Assembly: GCA_965202805.1 (NCBI GenBank) | Contig: OZ241869.1 | Span: 3,008,001 to 3,072,000, forward strand | DNA from: Longimicrobiales bacterium | Lineage (GTDB): Bacteria; Gemmatimonadota; Gemmatimonadetes; Longimicrobiales; Gaopeijiaceae | Direction: 5' to 3' | DNA: 64,000 nucleotides | In this document: piece after piece, positions 24,165 to 33,220 of the stretch | Numbering within the stretch: the stretch's first letter is position 1 | Layout: every line of letters begins with the position of its first letter | Position numbers and translations under genes: made by a program | The notes under the pieces: generated by a model | Database searches by the model: none | What the model was told of the DNA's origin: nothing | What the model saw: the letters and a program-made list of their open reading frames with translations, nothing else

Positions 24165-27100
24165 CTACCGCCGCCAGGCCTGAGCACCCGGCACCCCCCG
24201 GCTGAAGAGCACCTCGACGCTCGATCCGGCGCCGCCCGGCGCCGCGGCCGCGGCCACCTGGTTGTCGGGCGGCGGGTCGCGCAGGATACCCCGTACCTGT
24301 CCGTTGCGGGGATTGCGCAGGATTGCCATCGGGAGATCGGTCTCGCTGTCCAGGGTGACGGAACCGCCCGGTCCGTCGAGCGTGATCGTCGCGAGACTGC
24401 CCTCCCATCCCGGCTGCACCGGCAGCACGAAGGCGAAGCTGGAGCTGCCGTCCCCGTCGGCCACCTCGGGCATGGCGAAGGCCAGGGAGAAGAGCTCGCT
24501 TCCATCGCCGGAACGCCCCACGAGCCGGTAATCGCCGCCGGACCGTGGCAGCGATGCCGGTGCGTCAACCACGAAGGCGGGTTCCAGATAGGGCACGGCG
24601 TCCGAGCCGATTCCGCCCCACAGGAGGAGGGATCCGGCCGCCGTGGAGGCCAGTGGCGGCGCGCGCAGCGCCACGCTGTCGGCTTCGCTCAGGCGGAAGC
24701 GCAGCGCGTTGGTGAAGTGGTAGTCGCTGGTCCAGTCGGGGGGCCCGCAATAGGACATGAGTTCAGCGGTCGAGGGGCGCACCAGCCGGCCGCCGTCGCG
24801 GAAGTCGTAGCCCCACGCCCCGATGGACCCGTCGGGGTACGGGAACGACGGATCGGGGCCGCCGGCGCCGCCGCAGGGCGCATGGCGCAGATCGAGGTTG
24901 TGGCCGAGTTCGTGGGCGATGATGTCCGGCCTGGGGAACGAGAAATTCGACCTGCCGGGCCGATAGGCCACTCCGCCCGCACCGGTGATCGGCCTCCCCA
25001 TCATGCCCATGTAGTGCCCCGTGCCGCCCTCCATCGCCCGAATCGCCGCGGCCTGTCGAAGCAGCACGAACGCGCTGTTGCTTGAGCTCAGCACGGGTTC
25101 GTGCGCCTTCACCCGCATCTCGCCGATCGGAAGAAGATGCATGTCGCCGAACATCTCGTGGCTCTCGGGGTCCTCGGCCATCGCCCGGGTCACGTGCACC
25201 ATCGACGAGTCGTGGGTCGCGCTCCACACGAACGGAATCAGCGTCAGGTCGAAGGGCGGCATCTCGCGGACATCCACCTCCAGACGTCCCGTCTCGGGGA
25301 TTCGCTTCGCCACGCCCAACTGCGGGTCCAGCGTACCCTCCGGATCCACCTCGATCACCATCTCGAGCCCCGGCTGCACCACACGGCCCGGGATTTCGGC
25401 GTTCGCCGAGTTCGACAGGCTGCTCTCGTCCACTTCGGTCGGAATCGGCGTGGAGGTGCCCGGGATCTCCGCCACATGCGTCTCCCGGTCGGCGCCGTAG
25501 AAGCGGATCCGAACCGGCGGAATGCCCGCGCTGCCGGCCCGCCGGGCCGTGACGAACACCCGCAGCAGCGCCTCCCTGCCCGCGACCAGCGGAACCGGGA
25601 ATGTTCGCGACTGGACCGCCTGAACCAGATAGGCCGCAGCCGGAGCTGCTTCGACGCAGGGTGCGATGCGGCGCCTGTAGACGCCCGCAAGCCAGTTCCG
25701 GAAGACAGGATCCGCGGGAGCGCACAGGCCGGTTTCTTCGGCTACCAGCGCATCGAGCCGCAATTCGGTCAGTTCGACCGGAAGGGCCCCCGACAGACCG
25801 CCGTTGAACGACAACCCCAGTTCCCGAAGGCTCGACATGCTCCCGAATTCGGGGGGTAGCGCGCCCTCGAGGTCATTGTAGTCCAGAAACAAGGCTCCCA
25901 CGGTCGAGAGGTTGCCGAGTTCGGCGGGGATCGTGCCGGAGAGCTCGTTCGTCGCCAGGTTGAGCCATTCGAGGACTGGAAGGTTGCCCAGTTCCGGCGG
26001 GATGGAACCCGTGAGCCGGTTTTCGCCCAACGACAGGATCCGGAGGCTGTCGAGGCTGGCGAGCTGAGCCGGGATCTGACCCGTCAGATCGTTGTTCCTC
26101 AGCCGAAGCTGCTCGAGGCTGGCGAGATCGCCGAGCACGGCTGGAATCATGCCCGTGAGATCGTTGCTCCAGAGATTCAGTGCGGTGAGGCTGGTGAGGT
26201 TGACGAACGCCGACGGGATCTCGCCCGTCAGATTGTTTCCCCAGAGAGACAGCGTCGTGAGGTTGGCGAGGTTGCCGAGTTCGGCGGGGATCCGGCCGCT
26301 GAGATCGTTGTCGCTGAGATACAGGTGCGTCAGGCTGGCGAAGTCGCCGAATCCGGGCGGAATGGGGCCCGTCAGGCGGTTGCCCCAAAGAGACAGCTCT
26401 CTCAGGTTGGCGCGGCTGCCCATGTTGGCGAGGTTGCCGAGTTCCGTCGGGATCGGGCCCGTGAGTCTGTTGTCGCTGAGGTAGAGGTGCGTGAGGTTGA
26501 CGAGGTTGCCGAGTTCCGTCGGTATGGGGCCCGTCAGTCTGTTCCCCCAGAGATACAGTCCCGTCAGGCTGGCGAGATTGCCGAGCTCTTCGGGGATTTC
26601 TCCGGCAAGTGCGTTTCCGCCGAGTGCCAGAACGGTGAGGCGGGTGAGCCGGCCGAGTTCGAGCGGGATGGCCCCGGTCAGGTTGTTTCTCGTAAGGCCC
26701 AGGTACCCCAGTTGGGCGAGGTTGCCGAGCTCCGTCGGGATCGGGCCGGAGAGATGGTTGAGTCCGAGATCCAGGGAAGCCAGATAGGGGAGGTTTCCCA
26801 GTTCGCGGGGAATCGAACCCGAAAGGCCGTGGGGTATCGGCACCTGGGCTTCGCCGTCCCACCGGCCGCTCAGATCGACATCCACGACCCGTCCGGCCGG
26901 GTTGGTCGCCACGCCGTACCACTCCGCCAGGGGCGCGTCGGTCAGCCAGTTGCTGGCGTCGCTCCAGTTCGGGCCGTCCGTCGCGTTGTAGAGCGCCTCG
27001 AGCACCAGCCGGTCCGGGCTGTCCAGTACCACCACCGTTGCACGGCCCGACGCGGACCCGGCCGCGGCCGTGATCGTGGCCGTGCCGTTGGCGACCGCCG

Positions 27101-27386
27101 TCACCAGCCCCGACCCATCCACCGACGCCACCAACTCGTCGCTGCTCGACCAGGCAACTGCGACGTCGGCCATCACCTGGGCCCACTGGTCGCGGACCCG
27201 CGCGCTGAGCTGGACGGTCGCGCCCTGGACTGCCAGCCGGGCGTGTTGGGGGAGGACCGAGATCACCGTCGGCCGCGGCGGATCGCGGGGCGGGGGTTCC
27301 GTGGCCCCGTCCCCGCACGCATATGCCCACAGTGCGGCGGACAGCGTCGCCGCGACGGCAGGAAGAGGCCGGGGACGCCTGATCAC
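24165..27386 (-). CDS. Surface lipoprotein: Ig-like (Big_2) + plant-type LRR array + zinc peptidase (M66-like)
   Basis: YACGDG lipobox, WSSSD..VASVDGSGLVTAV, 24-aa LxxLxLxxNxLTGxIPxELGN repeats, AHELGHNLDLRH. Confidence 0.85.
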   Translation of the reverse strand: MIRRPRPLPAVAATLSAALWAYACGDGATEPPPRDPPRPTVISVLPQHARLAVQGATVQLSARVRDQWAQVMADVAVAWSSSDELVASVDGSGLVTAVANGTATITAAAGSASGRATVVVLDSPDRLVLEALYNATDGPNWSDASNWLTDAPLAEWYGVATNPAGRVVDVDLSGRWDGEAQVPIPHGLSGSIPRELGNLPYLASLDLGLNHLSGPIPTELGNLAQLGYLGLTRNNLTGAIPLELGRLTRLTVLALGGNALAGEIPEELGNLASLTGLYLWGNRLTGPIPTELGNLVNLTHLYLSDNRLTGPIPTELGNLANMGSRANLRELSLWGNRLTGPIPPGFGDFASLTHLYLSDNDLSGRIPAELGNLANLTTLSLWGNNLTGEIPSAFVNLTSLTALNLWSNDLTGMIPAVLGDLASLEQLRLRNNDLTGQIPAQLASLDSLRILSLGENRLTGSIPPELGNLPVLEWLNLATNELSGTIPAELGNLSTVGALFLDYNDLEGALPPEFGSMSSLRELGLSFNGGLSGALPVELTELRLDALVAEETGLCAPADPVFRNWLAGVYRRRIAPCVEAAPAAAYLVQAVQSRTFPVPLVAGREALLRVFVTARRAGSAGIPPVRIRFYGADRETHVAEIPGTSTPIPTEVDESSLSNSANAEIPGRVVQPGLEMVIEVDPEGTLDPQLGVAKRIPETGRLEVDVREMPPFDLTLIPFVWSATHDSSMVHVTRAMAEDPESHEMFGDMHLLPIGEMRVKAHEPVLSSSNSAFVLLRQAAAIRAMEGGTGHYMGMMGRPITGAGGVAYRPGRSNFSFPRPDIIAHELGHNLDLRHAPCGGAGGPDPSFPYPDGSIGAWGYDFRDGGRLVRPSTAELMSYCGPPDWTSDYHFTNALRFRLSEADSVALRAPPLASTAAGSLLLWGGIGSDAVPYLEPAFVVDAPASLPRSGGDYRLVGRSGDGSELFSLAFAMPEVADGDGSSSFAFVLPVQPGWEGSLATITLDGPGGSVTLDSETDLPMAILRNPRNGQVRGILRDPPPDNQVAAAAAPGGAGSSVEVLFSRGVPGAQAWRR

Positions 27387-27477
27387 CGATCGTCCGGGAC
27401 ACGGCGTCGAGCTGGTGGCGCGCCGACTCGCACGGGGCTCGTTCGTCCCTCCGGATGGCTGCTGCCCCTTCGGATGC

Positions 27478-28554
27478 CTACCCCGCCGTCCCGTCCAGCA
27501 ACTCGAACATGCGCTGCATGGCGATCTCCACGACCCCCGGCCCGATGATCTGCGGGTAGTTGTCGGCGTGGTCGGTCATGTCGATCTGTACCGCGGCCTC
27601 CTGGTAGGAGAGCCCCTGCGCGTGCAGCGCCGTGGCCCGCTCCTCGAAGTCGCGCAGGTAGGCCTGCAGATGGTCGATGCGCTCGCGGTCCTGGAAAGGA
27701 TCCCCGTGGCCGGGAAGGATCCAGTCGAACTCAAGCCCCTTCAGGTGCTCGAGCGTCTCGGCCCACTCGCCCGGATAGCCGTCGCCCATGAAGGGCAGCC
27801 GCGGGAGGAGGAGGTCGCCCGTGATGAGGACCCGCTCGGCCGGCAGATGCACGACGACATCACCCCCCGTGTGTCCGCGCCCGAAGAAGAGGATGCGCAT
27901 CTCGCGGCCGCCGGCGAAGAGCGTCATCCGCTCCGAGAGCGTGGTGTTGGGGCTCTCCGGCTCCAACCCCTCCTGGCTCGCGTAATAGTTCTCCAGGAAC
28001 GCGAGCCGGTCCTCGAGTTCGATGCGCTCCTCCTCGATGTCGGTGCGCATGACCAGGTCCGCAAGCTCGGCGATCTGGTCCGGGATCCCGCCCACGAAGT
28101 TCTCCCAGGAACGGCCCATGGACCCGCCGTTCTCGATCATCTCGCGCGTGAACTCGTGCCCGATGACCTGGACCTCGTCCGGGTAGGCGCTGTTGCCGTG
28201 GGCATGGTCGAAGTGGAAGTGCGTGTTGACCACGTAGCGCAGGGGCTTGCCGGTCAGCTCCATGACTTCGTCGTGCGCTGCACGCGCCGCCGCCGGAGAG
28301 ATGTGCGACTCGACCAGGAGCACGTGGTCGTCGTTGACCACCAACGCTCCGTGGGATCCGACGTTCAGCGCCCCGGTTCCGCGTGCGTGGAAGACGCCGG
28401 GCACGATTTCCTCGAATTCGAAGGCGGGCCCCTCGTAGATGGAACCCGGGGGCAAGGGCGTTTCAGCTGAAACGCCCGGCTCCTGGGCGGCCTCGGGGGC
28501 TTCGGCGCACGTCCAGACGAAAAGGCAGAGGAGAAGGGCGGCGAGGTAGCGCAT
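27478..28554 (-). CDS. Metallo-beta-lactamase-fold hydrolase (cyclase-like), exported
   Basis: NTHFHFDHAHGN, GHTGGD, ITGD, PGHG. Confidence 0.85.
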   Translation of the reverse strand: MRYLAALLLCLFVWTCAEAPEAAQEPGVSAETPLPPGSIYEGPAFEFEEIVPGVFHARGTGALNVGSHGALVVNDDHVLLVESHISPAAARAAHDEVMELTGKPLRYVVNTHFHFDHAHGNSAYPDEVQVIGHEFTREMIENGGSMGRSWENFVGGIPDQIAELADLVMRTDIEEERIELEDRLAFLENYYASQEGLEPESPNTTLSERMTLFAGGREMRILFFGRGHTGGDVVVHLPAERVLITGDLLLPRLPFMGDGYPGEWAETLEHLKGLEFDWILPGHGDPFQDRERIDHLQAYLRDFEERATALHAQGLSYQEAAVQIDMTDHADNYPQIIGPGVVEIAMQRMFELLDGTAG

Positions 28555-28682
28555 GGGGTTCTTCCTGTGGTTCGGGGGGTGCCTCTCGGGCCAGAATCCG
28601 ACGCCTGGCCGGTCACGGCAAACTGACGTCTTCTCCGCGCGCCAAAGGGCGTCGGTCACGGGAGAGTCTCGGCACTGGCTGT

Positions 28683-30773
28683 TTACGGGATCACTCTCGC
28701 CGGCGCCAGGTTCATCACCCAGAGGCCCGTGCGCATGTCGGAGACGAAGATGTTGCCCTTGTAGGGCTGCGGGCCCCACGCCATGGTCGTGTTCTCGCCC
28801 TCCGGGGTGGTCATGAAGGACGCCACTTCACGCCCCTGCGCGAGCAGGTCCCCGCGCAGCTCGCCGGACACGTCGACGATGCGCAGACCGCCCTGGTAGT
28901 AGGCGATGTAGAGCAGATCATCCTCTACCCAGAGGTTGTGGCTGCCGGCGTCGGGCAACCTGAACTCGGCGACTTCACGCGGATTCTCGATGTCGCTCAC
29001 GTCCACGACGTGCACGTAGCCGCGGGGACCGTCGCATTCCGGGCATCCGAAGATCTCGTCCCCGAGGAACACGTAGTCGCCGTAGCGGATGGCGTGGTGC
29101 GTGTTGCCGAAGAGCGCGCCGTTGATGTCGTAGAGGTAGCTGTAGGAGGAGATCGGCTGCGGCTCGGTCGGGGTGCCGCCCCAGCGCCCGTCGCCCACAT
29201 CGAGCATGACCAGCCCGTCGTTCCAGTAGGAGAGATAGGCGATACCGTCCACCACGCTCACGTCGTGCAGGTACTTGCTCGGCTTGTCCAGGCCCCAGCG
29301 CCCGGCCTCGAACGGGTTGGCGGGATCGGAGATGTCGATGATGTGGACGTCGAGGGTGCCGTCGTTGATGGCGTAGACGAGGTCGCCCACGAACCAGACG
29401 TTGTGGATGCCGCCGGTGAGCCCCTCGGTGTAGTGGGTGATGGTCTCCGGGTCGGCGGGGTCGGTGATGTCGATGAGGGTAATGCCGTTGCGGCGATTTG
29501 AGGCGTTCTCGCTGGTGACGATGGCGATGGTGCGGTCGTCGTTGATCTTGACGTCGTTGACGCGGCGCCCGTCCACCTGGAGGGAGTCGACGATGACGGG
29601 CGTGGCGGGGTCGGTGACGTCCCAGGCGTACATGGTGGCCGCGGACATGGTGCCCGTGTAGGCGTAGTCGCGCCCATCGAGCCCCTCGAAGACCCACAGG
29701 TCCGAGCTCGTGGTGCCGAGCGGGCCCTGTCCCACCAGCGTGACTTCGCGGGCGGCCTCGCGGGGGAAGACCTCGATGTCGACAGCCTCGGCGGTGGTGC
29801 CGGCATCGACGGTGACGCTGTAGCGGCCGGGCTCCTCGGCCACGAAGGCGCCGTCCATGTAGGCGGTGGCAGTCGTGGTGAGGGCCCCGTCCTCAGCCTC
29901 GATCCGGTATGCCAGCGCGATGTCGTCCACGCCGCCGCCGGAGGCATCCGTGGCGGCGACCGCGAGGCGCACCACATCGCCCGTGCGTACGCGCGATTCC
30001 GGTGACGCCACGGTCACCTGTTCGACCGGGTTGGCGACCACCTCGAGGGTGAGTTCACCCCGCACCCCGCCCGCCTCCCCGACGACGCGCGCCGCGCCCG
30101 GCCGGAGCAGGTTCAGCCGGCCGTCGGCCGTAACGGTGGCCACCGCCTCATCCGCCGCCGACCAGCCCACCACCTCCTCGGCATGCTCCTCCCCCGCCGT
30201 GGTGATCGCCCGCCCCGTCAGCGCGAAGGACGTCCCCGCGTAGCTGGCATACGCGGGCGGGTCGATGTCGATACGCGCCACCGGGTAGTCGTTCACCTTC
30301 ACCGGGATCTCGGCGGCCGGCGTCCAGTTGGGCTGGTCCTCCGTCGGCCCGGCCAGGCCGAGGAACACGCCGATCACCGCCTCCCCGTACTGCGTGCCCC
30401 GCAGGACGTAGGTGTCGGGAATCTCGTCCTTGATGGAGCGCAGCTCGAAGGGCCCGACCGTGCTCACCCCCCAGAGGGCGCCCTCCACCTGGCTGCCGGC
30501 CTCGTCGCGGAGGATGCCGCGGAAGGTGAGGGAGTCACCCCGCTGCACCTCGATGGACGCGGGCACGATCTCGATGGTCGCCACCCGGGCGGCGAGTTCG
30601 CTTGGACCCAGGTCGGCGGCAGTGGCCTCCTGCGCGGGGGTCGCCGCCTCCGCGGAAGGTGTCGCATCGGCCTCCTCGGCACCCGCCGGGGCGGGTGGGA
30701 CGGGTTCCGCGTACCCCCCGCAGCCGGCGGCGAATACGAGTACGATCGGGAGTGCGAGGGCGGAACGCGTCAT
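28683..30773 (-). CDS. Lipoprotein with Ig-like domains and LVIVD repeats
   Basis: Lipobox AAGC, repeated (V/I)DITDPxxP and LYIAYYQGGLRIVDVS motifs. Confidence 0.75.
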   Translation of the reverse strand: MTRSALALPIVLVFAAGCGGYAEPVPPAPAGAEEADATPSAEAATPAQEATAADLGPSELAARVATIEIVPASIEVQRGDSLTFRGILRDEAGSQVEGALWGVSTVGPFELRSIKDEIPDTYVLRGTQYGEAVIGVFLGLAGPTEDQPNWTPAAEIPVKVNDYPVARIDIDPPAYASYAGTSFALTGRAITTAGEEHAEEVVGWSAADEAVATVTADGRLNLLRPGAARVVGEAGGVRGELTLEVVANPVEQVTVASPESRVRTGDVVRLAVAATDASGGGVDDIALAYRIEAEDGALTTTATAYMDGAFVAEEPGRYSVTVDAGTTAEAVDIEVFPREAAREVTLVGQGPLGTTSSDLWVFEGLDGRDYAYTGTMSAATMYAWDVTDPATPVIVDSLQVDGRRVNDVKINDDRTIAIVTSENASNRRNGITLIDITDPADPETITHYTEGLTGGIHNVWFVGDLVYAINDGTLDVHIIDISDPANPFEAGRWGLDKPSKYLHDVSVVDGIAYLSYWNDGLVMLDVGDGRWGGTPTEPQPISSYSYLYDINGALFGNTHHAIRYGDYVFLGDEIFGCPECDGPRGYVHVVDVSDIENPREVAEFRLPDAGSHNLWVEDDLLYIAYYQGGLRIVDVSGELRGDLLAQGREVASFMTTPEGENTTMAWGPQPYKGNIFVSDMRTGLWVMNLAPARVIP

Positions 30774-30999
30774 GAGTCCAACTCCAGGTTGATGGGTCCG
30801 GCCCGGGCCGGAGAGTCGCCATTGCTGCTCGTACACCCGAACAAGGTACGCGAGCCGGCTCGCCGGGCCACGTTCAGGGACGGCGGATCACGGAGAAGCT
30901 GAAGGAGTTTTCACCGGCGGCTGTTCCGCCTAACCTACGTTCAGTGAACGGATCTGAGGAGCAGGTCTGTTCTCCATCTCCCGGACCCGCACGACATGG

Positions 31000-31428
31000 A
31001 TGAGAGGAATGCCTGCGAGTCGTAGCCTGCCGCACGCTCTGCAATGGAGGGCCGTTCTCCTCGCCCTGCTGTGTGTTGCGGGATGCCAGACCGGCCCAAC
31101 CGATGCCGATGTGCCCTCGATCACAGGGACATGGGAGACGCGAGACCCGCGACAAGGCTGGCGTTTCACCCTGTCCGGCGACAGGGGCGGCACGGTCCGT
31201 GGCCGATACTCCAACGAAGGGATCCCGGCCTTGGGAGAAGTCGCGGGAAGCTATGACTATCCGCGAGTCCGGCTGGTGTTCACCGTCCACGTATACGGCG
31301 AGGCCCGGAATTGCACGCTGCAGGGCGAGATGGAAACGGGCGGGAATCAGATCCCGAGCACGGCGTCCTGCTCTGCACGGAATCGGGAAAGCGACGTGTT
31401 CGCGCTGACCCTGGTGAGGACCGGGTGA
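31000..31428 (+). CDS. Hypothetical small lipoprotein
   Basis: Lipobox VAGC, ITGTW beta-barrel-like start, Cys pair. Confidence 0.6.
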   Translation: MRGMPASRSLPHALQWRAVLLALLCVAGCQTGPTDADVPSITGTWETRDPRQGWRFTLSGDRGGTVRGRYSNEGIPALGEVAGSYDYPRVRLVFTVHVYGEARNCTLQGEMETGGNQIPSTASCSARNRESDVFALTLVRTG

Positions 31429-31608
31429 TGCGCGGACGCAACGTCCGGCGCCGGCGCCCTTCCCGTGCTGCCCATCGGTTATCGCGATCTTGAATCCGAT
31501 GTAGTGGCGGCCCGGCCCTTCGGGAGCGCGGGAGTTTTCAATCGCCGCTCGGTTTTCTAGCTTGACCTTCCGCCCGCAGGCACAACGACCACCCCGGAGC
31601 CCGCCGAA

Positions 31609-33114
31609 ATGCCCACGTCCCGCGACACGCTCGCCATCCTGCGTGAAATCCGGGACCAGAGCGGGACGTGCTCCTCCCCCGGTCTTCCGGACGACGTGAT
31701 CGGGCGCTTCGCGGCGCGGGACGCGCTTCTTCGCCAGGCAGTCGTCGAGGCGGCAGAGTGTCATCGCCGCTTCCAACGTGAGCAGCCGCGTCTCGCCGCC
31801 CTGGACGAGGCCGAGCAGGTGGCGAAGGCGCAGCGCGGCTACCTCAACTTCTACCCCGCCGACCTGGTCAACCCCTACCTCGCGCTCGCCGCGCGCGGTC
31901 CGTGGATCGTCACATCGATGGGCGCGGTCATTCACGATTCGGGCGGCTACGGCATGCTGGGGCTCGGGCATGCGCCGCAGGCGATCCTCGACGCCATGAG
32001 CGAGCCGCGAGTCATGGCCAACGTCATGACCGCGAGTCCGAGCCAGGCCCGTCTGGTGCAGGCGCTGGAGGCCGAGATCGGCCATCGCACGAGCCGCGCC
32101 TGCCCCTTCGATCGCTTCGTGTGCCTGAACAGCGGTTCGGAGGCGATGACCTTCGCCTCCCGTCTCGCGGACATCCACGCGAAGCGGGTTACCGACCCGG
32201 GAGGATCCCGGAACGGCGCCGCCATCCGCACCCTCGCGCTGGAGGGCGGATTCCACGGGCGCACCAGCCGTCCCGCCCAGGTATCGGACTCGACCCGCTG
32301 CTACTACCAGGAGAATCTCGCCAGCTTCCGCGATCACAACGCGCTCACCGTGCCCGCCAACGACACCGGCCAGCTGCGCCATCTCTACGCCCTCGCCGAG
32401 GACGAAGGCTGGTTCATCGAGGCCTTCTACATGGAGCCGGTGATGGGCGAGGGGAATCCCGGCAAGTCCGTGACCCGCGAGTTCTACGACTTGGCGCGCG
32501 CCCTCTCCCGGGCCCACGGCAGCCTGCTGGTGGTCGACTCCATCCAGGCCGGGCTGCGGGCGCACGGATGCCTCTCGATCGTCGACTATCCCGGCTTCGA
32601 AGACGCCGACCCGCCCGATGTGGAGACGTATTCCAAGGCGCTCAACGCGGGCCAGTACCCGCTTTCGGTCGTGGCGATGACACGACGGGCCGCGAGCATG
32701 TACGAGCGGGGCGTATACGGCAATACCATGACCACCAACCCGCGTGCGCTGGAGGTGGCCGTGGCCGTTCTCGCTTCGCTCACCGATGAGTTGCGCGAGA
32801 ACATCCGCGCGCGCGGCGCCGAGGTCGTGGCGAAGCTCGAGCGGATGGCCTCCGAGCTGGACGGACCAGTGACCGCGGTGCAGGGCACCGGCCTCCTGGT
32901 CAGCTGCGCCTTCGAGCCCGGAATCAGGAGCCACGGACCCGGGAGCATCGAGGACGAGATGCGCCGAAACGGCGTAGGTGTTATTCACGGAGGCGAGAAC
33001 TCCGTCCGCTACACGCCTCACTTCGCGGTCACCTCTGCGGAAATCGACCTGATCGTCGCTGCGACCCGCGCGGCCGTGGTTTCGCGTCTGGCGCCCGCCG
33101 GCGAGGTTGCTTGA
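31609..33114 (+). CDS. Class III PLP-dependent aminotransferase (lysine/ornithine omega-transaminase-like)
   Basis: NSGSEA, FHGRT, EPVMGEG, DSIQAG, YSKAL (PLP Lys). Confidence 0.88.
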   Translation: MPTSRDTLAILREIRDQSGTCSSPGLPDDVIGRFAARDALLRQAVVEAAECHRRFQREQPRLAALDEAEQVAKAQRGYLNFYPADLVNPYLALAARGPWIVTSMGAVIHDSGGYGMLGLGHAPQAILDAMSEPRVMANVMTASPSQARLVQALEAEIGHRTSRACPFDRFVCLNSGSEAMTFASRLADIHAKRVTDPGGSRNGAAIRTLALEGGFHGRTSRPAQVSDSTRCYYQENLASFRDHNALTVPANDTGQLRHLYALAEDEGWFIEAFYMEPVMGEGNPGKSVTREFYDLARALSRAHGSLLVVDSIQAGLRAHGCLSIVDYPGFEDADPPDVETYSKALNAGQYPLSVVAMTRRAASMYERGVYGNTMTTNPRALEVAVAVLASLTDELRENIRARGAEVVAKLERMASELDGPVTAVQGTGLLVSCAFEPGIRSHGPGSIEDEMRRNGVGVIHGGENSVRYTPHFAVTSAEIDLIVAATRAAVVSRLAPAGEVA

Positions 33115-33220
33115 TGATCCGATCCCGCCTGAACATCGACACAGCGAACCCGGTCAAAGCCGGACCGGGATCCGATTCCAGATTCCCCTCCCTCTACTTC
33201 CATATTCCGTGAGTCGAACC

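Noticed and set aside
28610..28680. GGCAAAC...GCCAAAG resembling a c-di-GMP-I riboswitch
   Set aside because: No GNRA-capped P2 stem, and the orientation is opposite to the flanking genes.
30885..30960. GGAGA..GCTGAAGGAG resembling a glycine riboswitch; CGTTCA-G-TGAACG palindrome
   Set aside because: No P2 stem or CUCAGG element; a 6-bp palindrome is expected by chance.
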